A DNA stretch of 64,000 nt from Prasinococcaceae sp. CCMP 1430 (GCA_013416795.1 RQSC01000032.1:719397-783396); one strand, 5' to 3'; positions 22,729 through 33,146 are shown, numbered from the stretch's first letter. Program-made: numbers and translations. The notes: generated from the sequence alone by a model not told the origin.

Positions 22729-22869
22729 GCGAGCGGATGCGACGGCGGCGTGGCAGCGGTGCAGCGCGGCGCGGGCCGTGCGTCTAATAATCAAAGCAAA
22801 ATCATCACCTCGCTCGAGCGAGTGCTCACGCCGGTGCACGCGCGCCTGTGCGCGCGAGTGCTGCACTGA

Positions 22870-23065
22870 TCACAGGACCTCCTCACCATCGGCGAGCGCG
22901 GTGTACCCCAACCCGCTCGTCTGGCCACTGCCTGCAAGACACCGCAGCCACACGTTCAGTCCGAGCTGTGTGATACCAAGCACCACACCGCTCGCATTGG
23001 GCACGAGGATGTTCACGTCGTGGACCACGAGTGCATATGCTAGCCAGATGATTGCATTCACCGCG
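22870..23065 (-). pseudogene. Orphan last exon of a SWEET/MtN3 sugar transporter
   Basis: AVNAIIWLAYALVVHDVNILVPNASGVVLGITQLGL matches MtN3 TM6-TM7; preceded by CCACAG acceptor at 23066; no upstream SWEET exons found. Confidence 0.7.
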
Positions 23066-23219
23066 CTGTGGCGCTGCGTCCCCGCCCGGCCGGCCGGCTG
23101 CCACGCCGCCACCTCAGCAGCGATGTATCGGTCGATCGAGTTGTCGGCTTTGACAGTATGAAAATCGCAGAGAAAAATGTGTCGCCCGTGGCTCCTCATA
23201 TAATCGATGTGAGATTCGG

Positions 23220-25089
23220 ATGCGGATGCGAACGACTCGTGCAGCGGCCCGCGGCGGAGGGGGGCGACGCCGCATTCGAACGACTGTTGGACGCCGCCGC
23301 GGTGCTGCACGCGCGCGCGGCGCGGCGCGCGTGCCGCGGCGCGAGCCAGCGCCTGCACCCCCGGCGCGTGTGCTCGCCGGCGGCGCCGGAGGCACCGCGG
23401 CCAGCGCTGCTCACGGCGGCGGCGACGGCGGCGACAGCGCAGCGCTCGTGCAGCAGGTGGCAGAGCTGCGTGCTCAGCTCGCGGCGACCGAGCGCCTGCT
23501 GGCGACCTCCGGCGGGAGTGCATCGGGCACTGCCGGCGAGATCGCGGCGCTGCCCGCAGCCTCCGCGGAGTACGCGTCAGGGCGCTCGACTCCTTCCCAG
23601 GAGAGCGAGCCAGCGGCACTGAAGCGTCGAAGCGGCTACTCGGCTGGATTCGCTGCGTCGCGCGTGACTCGAAAGGCCCAGCGCGGTGGCGGAGGCTACC
23701 GCCTCCGGCTCACCGAGGCTCCTACTGCGCTCCGCGAAGGGCTTGCGGACTTCGAACGATTTCTGACGCAAAAGTTTTTTGGTCAGCAGCAGAAGCCCAT
23801 TCGTGCGGTCACCGCTGCCAAGTACGCCGACCACATGGTGCGTAGCCGCGGATGCGGTCGCAACGTGGCGCGTCGTGAAGATGCGCGAGCTTGTGAGTCC
23901 TGCGGGTAGAGGTTGGCATGCTGACGAGCAGGGCGTTGTCCCATCGCGCGAACGCCTCAGCGTGGCCTGCTCGGTTGGCTGAATCGAGAGCGCGGCGTGC
24001 CGCTCCAAGAGCTCTGCTTCCGCACCGCGTTCCCGTCGGTTGAGCGAGACGGCGTGCGCTTGGCATTCGACCACGTCGAGTGGCTCAAGCGCGAGCGCGG
24101 CATTGCTGCGAGTTCCGAGGTGAATGTGCTGGCGGCCTATATCGCGGCCGCAAAGTTCACCTACCATGCGCAAAGCAGCGTGCGGCCAGGTCAGAGCGAG
24201 AAGGCGTATTCCGACCTGCCGGTCGTGAGCGAACTGCGAGGTATGCACCGTGATGCCACCAGCCGGGCGAGGGTGGCCGCGCCAGTGAGCGTCGAGGAGT
24301 CGAAGTGGATTGACTGGCCCGTATACCTGCAGCTGGTGAAGGCCCTCGAGGTGGACGCGCTCGAGGCGAAGAGGACCAACGGTAAGCCCCGCACACCAAG
24401 GGAGGCGGCATCGGCGATGCAGACATACCTTCTGTTCGCGATCTTAGCGTCCGTTCCCGACCGGCAGCGAACGCTACGCGAGCTGCAGCTCGGCCGCACG
24501 CTCTTCAAAGACGAGGGAGGCTACGTCATCAGGCATGGCCCTGACGACTACAAGACGGGTGAGTCGCGTGGGTGCGCGCGCGCGCGCGCCAATGTGGCCA
24601 AAGCCGCCGTGCTGACGCGGTGGTATCGCGCTCATCGCCCTCGCACGCTCGCGAGCATTATTAGGAGGCGAATACGGCCAAAGACCTCCCCTGCACCTTA
24701 CCGCCTACCTTACGCCCTTCCTGGATACCTGGCTGAGCACTCACAGGGCTGCCTTCGGGCCCAAGCACGAATTCGTTTTCACAGCCTCCAATGGGCTGCC
24801 TCTGTCAGAGCAGGGCGTCTACCGGCGCTTCACCATGGCCTCCTATGCGTTCACTGGGCAGCGCCTCAATCCGCACCTTCTCCGGCACAGCATCGTCTCT
24901 CACCTGAAGCGTTCTTCAACTTCCGAGCAGGAACTTGAAAGCCTCGCGCTTTACATGGGCCATTCAGTGCAAATGCAACGATCGAGCTACGACCGGCGCA
25001 GCGTCGGTGAGAAAGTCAAACCTGCGGTCAGCCTGCTCGAGACGCTAAACGCGAGTGCGCTGGCCGCGGCGCCTGCTATCGACGGCTGA
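23220..25089 (+). CDS. Tyrosine recombinase (phage-integrase family) with two spliceosomal introns (exons 23220-23837, 23961-24558, 24665-25089)
   Basis: Catalytic set visible after splicing: PDRQRT (R), DYKTG (K), HLLRH (H-x-x-R), MGH (H), SYDRR (Y); introns 23838-23960 (phase 0) and 24559-24664 (phase 1) have GCTGAC branch points and keep the frame. Confidence 0.88.
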
Positions 25090-25250
25090 GCGGGGGCGGC
25101 GAGGGCAGCCCGCGAGCGGAAAGGGCCTGGCATGCGGCCAGCACCTCCCTACCGCTGCGCCATTTGAGTGTATTGTATCATGTTTGTCACAGATTAGCGT
25201 CGAGCGCGGTGCTGTGCGGCCCGATCCGGTGCCGAGCGGTGCTCACCGCG

Positions 25251-26357
25251 CTAGCGCGGGCGCGCCCCCATGCGCGCGAGCGCGACGCACGTCGATGCGG
25301 CGAGCGAGCCGAGCACGAGCGGAAGACAGCGGCGCTGCGCGAGTCGCTTGGTGCGGCGGTCGCTGCTCGCTGCCTTCTCAAGCGCCGCTCGCAGGCCACG
25401 CACGCCTGCTCGAAAGTTTTCGTCGTGCGGAAGCCCGTCGTCGCACTCAGGGGCACCAATGAACGAGTGTGCAAAGTCAACGACCTTGAGCTGCGGCCGG
25501 CGACCGGTTGCCGCCGCCGCTTTCGCGTCGCCCTCGTACAGGATTAAAGCACTTGCGCTGTTGATTCGGCAGCTGGAGCCCTCGTGGATCGTCCACGCCT
25601 CGAGACGATCCAACGCCTCGGTCAGTCCCGACGCCATGAGCTCCGGCAGCACAAGCCTGCCGCTGTCGTCGCACCTCATGAATGCCGCCAGCGCTGCCAC
25701 GACGCCATTGATGCCGCCACCGCCCGCTTTTTGTCCCCACTCCTTTCCCAGCCGCTCCACCACAACACTGCCAGTACCCGCGGCGTCGCCCTTGCGTCGC
25801 CTGCGGGTGCGCATCGCGCCGCAGAGTCGGAAGCCGACCACGTGAGACTGGTGCTTCGCGTCCTTGCTGGCGCACTTCTGACGCCAGTCTGGCCGTGCGC
25901 TCTCGTACCACGAGCGCCTCCCGAGCTTTGCATCAATCACGCACGGCGCAACGTATCCTGCGGTGAGGTCCTCAAGCACTAGAAAAGCGCCATCGTCCCC
26001 CTGGGCGCCGTCCTCTGCTGCGCCCGCACCCCCATCCTTGCCCTGCGCCGCAGGTCCGACGACCCCGTGGCAGCGCGGCAGCAGAGCGCGCTCGCCGCCC
26101 GCGAAGTCGCTGCCGCGGAAGTGCGCGTAGAACGCCTCCTCGCGCAGCCCGCGCCCGCGGGACTGAAAGCGCTTGTACAGCAACCCCGCGCCATCGGTGA
26201 ACACCGAGTCAGCGTGGCCAGCCACCTGAAACGCGTGCAGCGCCAGCGGTGGCGCGCAGCCGTCGGCCGGCATGTTCGCGCGCCCCGCGACCGCCCTCGG
26301 CGCGCCGCGCGACCGCGGCTGGACGAGGCGATTCGCGGTGTGAGGCTTTCGGCGCAT
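25251..26357 (-). CDS. Inositol polyphosphate kinase (IPK/IPMK family)
   Basis: HAFQVAGH, FLVLEDLT, PCVIDAKLG (PxxxDxKxG), SASALILY, VVDFAH; alternative ATG at 26273. Confidence 0.9.
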   Translation of the reverse strand: MRRKPHTANRLVQPRSRGAPRAVAGRANMPADGCAPPLALHAFQVAGHADSVFTDGAGLLYKRFQSRGRGLREEAFYAHFRGSDFAGGERALLPRCHGVVGPAAQGKDGGAGAAEDGAQGDDGAFLVLEDLTAGYVAPCVIDAKLGRRSWYESARPDWRQKCASKDAKHQSHVVGFRLCGAMRTRRRRKGDAAGTGSVVVERLGKEWGQKAGGGGINGVVAALAAFMRCDDSGRLVLPELMASGLTEALDRLEAWTIHEGSSCRINSASALILYEGDAKAAAATGRRPQLKVVDFAHSFIGAPECDDGLPHDENFRAGVRGLRAALEKAASSDRRTKRLAQRRCLPLVLGSLAASTCVALARMGARPR

Positions 26358-26755
26358 GACATTCCCGCAGATTGCGAGCACCTCGGGGGGCGCGCGCGCG
26401 TCATGAGCGCGCGCGCGAGCACGCGCGCTTCCCGCCCAGCGACCGCCCTCGGCGCGCCGCCCGCGGCGCGCACGCGCGCGAGAAAGAGCGCGCGCGCACA
26501 AAGCTGGGCAAAAGTGAGGACAGAGGCGTGCCGCCGGCAAATCCCTCCCCCCCACCTCTCCCCCCCTCGCCCCCTCGCCCCCTCTTCTCAGCCCCGCCTC
26601 GCGCGACCTCCCGCGCGCGCTTCGCGCAGTGGCACACGCCCCCCACGAGCGCGCGCGCGCGCCCGGGCTGCCCACCGCGACCCGCGCGAGCTGCAACAGC
26701 CGGCTCGACAGGACACCTTCACATCAAGGCACATGAGTTGTACCCACGGGCGATC

Positions 26756-26775
26756 CCAATGCGATCTCGCATTGG
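26756..26775. promoter_or_regulatory. 20-bp palindrome CCAATGCGA-tc-TCGCATTGG in the divergent IPK/FAH promoter
   Basis: 9-bp perfect inverted repeat read directly; contains CCAAT on both strands. Confidence 0.4.
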
Positions 26776-26954
26776 AGTGCTCCGTTTCGATCGCACACGC
26801 CACACGCACACGCGCTGCGCGCGGACGCTGCAGCGCCCAAGCACCGTTTTTTTTCCTTGGCGCGGCGATGTGCGCTGCCGCCTGCCGCCTGCCTCCTGCC
26901 GCGCGCCAGACAGCACGCGCGAGGGGGAGGGGAGGGGGCGGGGAGCGGGGCGCG

Positions 26955-28532
26955 ATGGAGGCATCTGAGGACCTATGGTCGGCGGGCGGCGCGGCGGCGG
27001 CCGCGGCCGCGGGCTTCGGGGCGGCTAACGTGCCGTTCGGCGTCGCGCGACGGAGGGGCGGCGGCGGCGGCGCGTTCTGCGCGACGAGGTTCGGCGAAGT
27101 CGTGGTGGACCTCACAGCGCTCGAGCGCGCCGGGTTGTTCTCCTCTTTCCAGCACTTGGGAGGGCGTGACGCGAAGGACGGGGTGTTCAGGGAGAGGGCG
27201 GGCCTCACACACTTCATGGCACGCGGGCGGCCCGCGTGGCGCGAGGCGCGCGCGGCTCTGCAGCGGCTGTTCGCGACGTCCGAGTCGGTGCTGCGAGACA
27301 ACGCGGCGCTGCGCGCCAAGGCGCTCGTTCACCACGCAGACGTGGACATGTTGCTCCCAACCGGCGAAACAGGCCCTCGTGGCTACACTGACTTCTACAG
27401 CTCGCGCCACCACGCCGAAAACGTCGGCGAGATGTTCCGCGGCGCGCGCACGCTGCCCGCCGCGTGGTTGAGCATCCCGATTGCGTACCACGGCCGGGCG
27501 AGCAGCGTCGTGCCCACCGGCACGCCAGTGCGCAGGCCGTGTGGGCAGATCCTCCCGAAGGGCGAAAAGAAACCGATTTACTCACCATGCCGCGTGCTGG
27601 ACTTCGAGCTCGAGATGGCCGCGGTACGTTTGGCGCCCAGGTCCCTGCTCGCCGTCGCCAGTGCCGCCTGATCGGCTCTGAGGCACCTCCGTGCGCTGAC
27701 GTGGTGTCGCCTGTCGCTTCGCGCCGGTGCTTCCCCCGCGACCGTCCTTACAGGTGGTCGGCCCCGGCACCGAGCTCGGCTCCGCCGTGGGAGCTCGCGA
27801 CGCAAGTGCGCACATCTTCGGCCTGAGCCTCATGAATGACTGGAGCGCGCGTGACATCCAGAAGTTCGAGTACGTGCCGCTGGGTCCCTTCGGTAGCAAG
27901 AATTTCGCTACTACGCTCGGCCCTTGGGTCGTCACACTAGAGGCGCTCGAACCCTTCGCGTGCGCCGCCGAGGAACAGTCGCCCGGGCCGCTGCCGTACC
28001 TCGATGAAGGCGACGCTCGCAGGACTTTCGACATCGATCTCGGCGTGAATATCAACGGGCATAGGTGCGTACCGTATGGCGTTCAATCGCTTGCGCGTGC
28101 GTTCCGCCGCGTGCGCGTGAGGGAAACGCACGAGTCCGCGCTTTTGCGCTGCGCTGACTTTCTCCGCGGCACACGTCGTGCCACTCCAGCGCGTGCAAGA
28201 GCAACTACAAGCACTTGTACTGGACGGCCGAGCAGCAGCTCTCGCACCACACCGTGACTGGATGCAGCCTAGAGACTGGTGACCTCTTCGGCTCGGGGAC
28301 CATCTCGGGCCCCGGCAAGAGGGAGTACGGCTGCATGCTGGAGCTGTCTTGGCAGGGCTCGCGCGAGGTGGCACTGGGCGAGGGTGCGGTTGGTGGCACG
28401 CGGACATTCATCGAGGATGGCGACTCTGTGGTGCTCACGGGCGTGGCGCGCTCTGCAGACGGCACAGCTGCGCCGGTGAGCTTCGGCGAGTGCGAGGGAA
28501 CGGTGCTTCCAGCAACGCCGCTGAAGCTTTGA
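26955..28532 (+). CDS. FAH: Fumarylacetoacetase (introns 27624-27753, 28065-28189)
   Basis: [56 protein letters not shown]. Confidence 0.96.
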
Positions 28533-28747
28533 GGAGAACAGGCGGGGGCGCGGCGCTGCCCCACCTGTATCCAGTTAATTAAATTGATCGCCATTGTTTC
28601 GAACGCTGTGGCGCTTCTTCGCCCCTATACTCTGTCGCGGCGCGGCAGCGCTTTAAAGCTGCAGGCCTCGGGTAGCATACTTGCGGGGATTGGGCCTCTG
28701 CGCGCGGTCGAGCCTTGCCCGCGCTTCGCGCTCTCCGCGCCAACGGC

Positions 28748-29392
28748 TCAGATGATACACGGCCGCGAGGTGGCCGCGAGTGTCGACAAGAACTCCATCT
28801 CAGCTATAGGCTCCATGCCCAAGGCGCGCACCTCTGCCGCGTACGCCGCATACTCCTCGCGAGCTTCGCTAGAGGCACCTATGGTCACATCGCCGCCCGA
28901 CGGTGGCGCGAGCGGGCGCGATGGAGTCGCCGGCGCTGGCATCGAGTGGAACTTGAGCCCGCAAGGGCCGGCTTGCGTGGGTGCGCGAGCAGCAGCCGCG
29001 CCGGCACAAACGACGGCAGCGGGAGGAGCCGCCGATGTTAAGGTGGCGCCTGCAGCTCGGCCGAAAGTGTCGTCGTCGCCACCATCGAGCGGTTCGTCAT
29101 CGATCTCAGCAAAGTGCGCGCGCTTCGAAGCGACGAAGGCGTCTGACGGCGCGACTACGGCGCTACGAGGTGTGATACGCCGTCGTTTGTGACCATCGGC
29201 AGGCCCCTGGCGCCCATCCCGCAAGCCTGCCCGCTCAGACCCGGCCAGCACCGACGCCTGCGCGGCCGGCGCCATTGTTCGCCGCGGGCGTTGCCGCTTC
29301 TGCCCCCCCTGACGCCTGCGCCTCGCGTACGTCGCCCCGCTGAACACGTCCGCTGCCGCCGCCGTTGCCGCCGCCGCGCCGCCGCGCCCCAT
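28748..29392 (-). CDS. Hypothetical low-complexity protein with a FAEID motif and a C-terminal helix resembling a winged-helix segment
   Basis: Open frame with natural-looking composition, NLS-like KRRR, VASKRAHFAEIDDEPL, YAAYAAEVRALGMEPIAEMEF. Confidence 0.5.
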   Translation of the reverse strand: MGRGGAAAATAAAADVFSGATYARRRRQGGQKRQRPRRTMAPAAQASVLAGSERAGLRDGRQGPADGHKRRRITPRSAVVAPSDAFVASKRAHFAEIDDEPLDGGDDDTFGRAAGATLTSAAPPAAVVCAGAAAARAPTQAGPCGLKFHSMPAPATPSRPLAPPSGGDVTIGASSEAREEYAAYAAEVRALGMEPIAEMEFLSTLAATSRPCII

Positions 29393-29960
29393 CGCCGCTG
29401 CCGCTGCCGCGACCGCAGCCACCGCCACCTTCGCGTCCTCTCCCCTCCCCTACGGACCGCGCGGGCCCGACACTCCTCCCCCTCTCACCCCTTGCGCCGG
29501 CAGGCCGCCCTGTGGGCCCGCGCGCGCGCGAGCGCGCCCACGCCGAGTTTCGAAAACGTCCGCGTGCGCGCATGTGTTTTGATGGAAAGTGTCGCGTCCG
29601 AACAACGGCCCCTTTCGCCCTCGAGTCTTTTGAGTTCTACTCTCATGATGGCACTTCACTGTCCGTAGATTTCACGGCCGTTTCGAGGGCAAACCCCGAA
29701 CTGTTTTAGGTTGACCGCAGGCCCCATGTGTTGCAACTTGCACACGCGGCGCTGGGAACCCTCCTGAGGCCAAGCGGGTGCGCGCGTCCGCCACAGCGCG
29801 ACCCCCTCGCGGTGCGGCGGGGGCCAGGTAGGCGGGCGGCCGCGCTCAGGGGTGTGCAGGGAGGGGGTTGGTAGGGGTCTGGGAGGTCGCGCTGGAAGAG
29901 GGGGGCGTCGGCGCGCGCACCCGACAGGGAGAGAGAACGAAAGTGGGACAGAGGTCTGCC

Positions 29961-31058
29961 ATGACGGCGACGCCGGGCGCGGGCGGCGAGGCGCTGCAAC
30001 GCCATCTGCGCACGCTGCAGCAGGAGGGCGACGAGGTGGGCGCTCTCAATGCCCGCCTGAGTCCCGCGCTCGGGACGATCCACCGCAAGAAAGCGCACGA
30101 GCGCGCGTCGCTGAGCAGCGCACCTGGGTCTGAGGAGATCGCAGAGCTGCGGCGTTGCGCCGAGGCCAAGGACGTCCTCCTCGCGGACGCATGGGAGCAG
30201 CAGCGTCGCTGCGAGGACTTGCTGGCGGAGGCGCGCGGCGAGAACGACGCGCTGCGCACACGCGTGCAGGCGCTTGAGTCGGAGCTCGCGGCGCGCGATG
30301 CAGAGCTGCTCAGCTCCGCGCTCGCACGCACGCCTGTGGCTGCTCTACAGGAGACGATGGTCCCCACCGCGACGTCTGCCGCGGCCGATATCGAGGCCGA
30401 CGAGGCCTGGGAGGTGCTCGCGCGCTGGGGCCTGTCAGAGCCTGCTGTCAGCTCGCCCGCGGGGGGGCGGTATAATGGCTCCCAATCACAGGCGCACACA
30501 TCTTCAAAGCAGCAGCAGCAGCATCCGCTCCTGCAACGAGCTTCCGGTGCGAAATCGGCGTCAATGACGGCGGTGGCGATCGTGGAGGCGCAAGACGGCC
30601 CCGTGTGCGCAGAGCCGGCCCAGGTGGCGGTCCAAGGTGACAACTCGGATGATGAAGTCGCCGCTGCGGCTGCCGCCGCCGTCGCAGAGCTTGTGAGGGA
30701 GAAAGCGGCACATGGGTTGTCGGCGGTGGCGGGGATTGGTGGGTGCAGCGATGGCGATGTGGACGCGTTCGTCGCCCGCGTGCAAGAGCAAATCACTGGC
30801 GCACACGGCGGCCGACAACAAGCGCAGGCGCCACCGCAGGCGACTTCGGACGCGCTCGCGTCGCTGGCGTCGCTCGGGGCTCGCATGCTTCCGATGGACG
30901 GGGCTGATGCGGGCGATGGCCTCGGCGCAACTATGCGTTTCAGTGCCACGGAGGCTATGGACAAGGGCAGCGAGGCACTGGAGCCACTCTCGCAGCTCGA
31001 CCGAGAGCTCGATGACGCACGTGATGCTGTCTCCAACGCCGTCCGCGCGTTGCAATGA
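29961..31058 (+). CDS. Hypothetical coiled-coil protein
   Basis: Heptad-rich N-terminus (LLAEARGENDALRTRVQALESELAARDAELL) and C-terminus (LSQLDRELDDARDAV); converges on the LSMT-like gene. Confidence 0.6.
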   Translation: MTATPGAGGEALQRHLRTLQQEGDEVGALNARLSPALGTIHRKKAHERASLSSAPGSEEIAELRRCAEAKDVLLADAWEQQRRCEDLLAEARGENDALRTRVQALESELAARDAELLSSALARTPVAALQETMVPTATSAAADIEADEAWEVLARWGLSEPAVSSPAGGRYNGSQSQAHTSSKQQQQHPLLQRASGAKSASMTAVAIVEAQDGPVCAEPAQVAVQGDNSDDEVAAAAAAAVAELVREKAAHGLSAVAGIGGCSDGDVDAFVARVQEQITGAHGGRQQAQAPPQATSDALASLASLGARMLPMDGADAGDGLGATMRFSATEAMDKGSEALEPLSQLDRELDDARDAVSNAVRALQ

Positions 31059-31158
31059 GCGCGACTGACGCTGAGCGCGGAGGCGTGCCGCGCGCGTGCG
31101 TGCCTGTACTTGCCAATTAAAACAACTTGTGGCCGAGTCGCAAACCAGGGCGCTGCGC

Positions 31159-32865
31159 TCACTTGAAGGGTAGTTTAGGCAGCTCGGGCATGTCTGGCAG
31201 CTTTGGCATGCCGTCCGGTAGCTTAGGAAGCTTGATGCTGCCGAGAATGCCATCCGCGCCAGTGAGTGGCACATTGCGCGTGTCCGCCTGCCCGGCGGCC
31301 TTGGCGTCGGCGTAGTCCTCCGTCGCGCCGCTCGACATGACAAACTCAAGGCGTGCGAGCACTCGCCGCTCGCGTGCGCGCACAGCCGCACACGCGCAGT
31401 AACGCGCCGCGGCCAGCTCGCGCTCACGCTCATCCATTGTGTCCACCAGCGCTGGGCCTGCCTCCTCGGCTGCGCGCTCGTCCTGCTTGAGGGTCCCGGG
31501 GTACCCTGCTTGCATATCGCTGGCCACGTCCGCCAGTACGCTCTTGGCCGCCGAAGACCAATCTTTGCCGACCACGCCCGCACCATCCTCGCCGAAGGCC
31601 GCCGCCACGCATGCCTCGGCTTCGGCCGCATCGCGCGGCTCGGCGACCGCCACCAGTGCGAATGCGAGCATCTCCGGCGGTGCGCCTGTCAGCCTGCAGG
31701 GGAAGACCGCCAGGCCAGGGCTGATGCCCCTCGCCTGCAGCGCCTCCGCCTTCGCCTCCCGCCACTCGTCGTCCGCGGGTAGCGCGAGCGCAACGTCTAC
31801 CGCCTCGCACGGTGGCGTGTCTGCCGGCACAAAGCCGTACGAAAGCAGTAATTCCGCCGACGTGCGATCGCCGTAGGAGCCGAATACCTGGTCACCCTCG
31901 CGATAGTCTCGCGCTGCTGGAAGCGTGACGGCGCCGCTCGTAACCCCGCTGCGCCAGTCGATGTGCGCCCCGCTGGCGTTTGCCGTCGGTGAGTGGTTGG
32001 CAAAGTCTGCCCACGGCACCAGCGCGAGCTCGCCCTTTCCCTCCCCGGCACCGCCCTTTGTGGCGTCGCCCGCGGCCGTCTCGACAGCCATGTTTTCGAG
32101 CCGCACCGCGCGACTTAGCAACATTGACAGCGCCCACGTGAGCGCGCCGTCAGGCGGGGGCCGGAGGCCCGCCGCGTTGAAGGCGTCGCGCAGCTCAGCG
32201 CGCATGAAGTCGGCCTGCGCGCGTCGCTCAAGCGCTGCGGTGAGAGTGGGGGAGCCGCGCAGTAGCTCGCGCGTCTCACGCTCGGGCCACTCGATCACAC
32301 ACCCCGAAGCCGGCGGCAGCGCCGCAATGTACTTTGAGAAGGATGTCTCAGGTATGTAGCCCGGAGTCGCGGCCGCTGCGAGGTAGCCCGCGAGCACAGA
32401 GTACTCGGGCAGCTCTGCGAGCGCCTCCGCGTGCTCTTCAGGTAGCTCCTCCAGCGCGCGACGCGGCGTGAGCAGCAGCCGGCGCGGCACGCCAAGCAGC
32501 AGCTCGCCCTTGTTGATCTCGCGCGCAGCGACTAGCCCGCGGCCCTGGCCAGGCACGGTTCGCAGCGTCACGGCCTGTCTAGGCAGGCCCTCATCCTGAG
32601 CCCACCGTGCGAATTCCTGCGTGGCTGTGAGCGACCCCCCCGCGTGGCGCCATCCGCCTGCCGAGAGCGGCGACGCATCCTCGGGCGCTGTGCCGAACCC
32701 TCCCCGGCGCTTCTTTGCGGCGCACGCCACGCGCCTCGCCGTGCCGCCGCGTGGGCGCGCCGCGCCACTGCCGCCGCCGCTTTTCCACCGCCGCGGCTTC
32801 GCGCGCTCTGGTTGCGCGCCTCCAATCGCCGCCGCGCGTCCCAGCGCCGCTCCGCCCACCGCCAG
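31159..32865 (-). CDS. Rubisco-LSMT-like SET-domain lysine methyltransferase, probably plastid-targeted; start unresolved
   Basis: GQGRGLVAAREINKGELLLGVP, WALSMLLSRA, LVPWADFANH, YGDRTSAELLLSYGF, Rubisco-substrate-binding region; no in-frame ATG immediately before the transit-like segment (CTG at 32865). Confidence 0.85.
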   Translation of the reverse strand: MAVGGAALGRAAAIGGAQPERAKPRRWKSGGGSGAARPRGGTARRVACAAKKRRGGFGTAPEDASPLSAGGWRHAGGSLTATQEFARWAQDEGLPRQAVTLRTVPGQGRGLVAAREINKGELLLGVPRRLLLTPRRALEELPEEHAEALAELPEYSVLAGYLAAAATPGYIPETSFSKYIAALPPASGCVIEWPERETRELLRGSPTLTAALERRAQADFMRAELRDAFNAAGLRPPPDGALTWALSMLLSRAVRLENMAVETAAGDATKGGAGEGKGELALVPWADFANHSPTANASGAHIDWRSGVTSGAVTLPAARDYREGDQVFGSYGDRTSAELLLSYGFVPADTPPCEAVDVALALPADDEWREAKAEALQARGISPGLAVFPCRLTGAPPEMLAFALVAVAEPRDAAEAEACVAAAFGEDGAGVVGKDWSSAAKSVLADVASDMQAGYPGTLKQDERAAEEAGPALVDTMDERERELAAARYCACAAVRARERRVLARLEFVMSSGATEDYADAKAAGQADTRNVPLTGADGILGSIKLPKLPDGMPKLPDMPELPKLPFK

Positions 32866-33146
32866 CGGCGGTCGTGCGGGGAAGCGCAGGGTGGGGAGGG
32901 GGAGGAGAGCGCGGGCGGGCGAGCGAGCGAGCGAGAGGCACTCGCGCGCGCGCTGCCACCGCCCCCGCCGCCGCTGCAGGGTGTGCCGCGAGCCTCGCCC
33001 GCACCGCCCACCCCGCCCATCCCGCTCGCCCCCCCCACGCCGCCTGCGACCGACAGCAGTCGGCACGAGTGGATAAGCGAGTGATCCGCGCGCGCGCACA
33101 GTGGAGAGCGCCGCATCGTTGCTGCGACGGCGGGCGTGGATGGTAT

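Noticed and set aside
21850-23150. Simple recombinase-driven inversion of the DedA-SWEET segment
   Set aside because: Flipping the segment in silico does not restore the EB1, DedA or SWEET 5' ends, and only a 7-nt GC-rich match (gcgccac) was seen between the junctions
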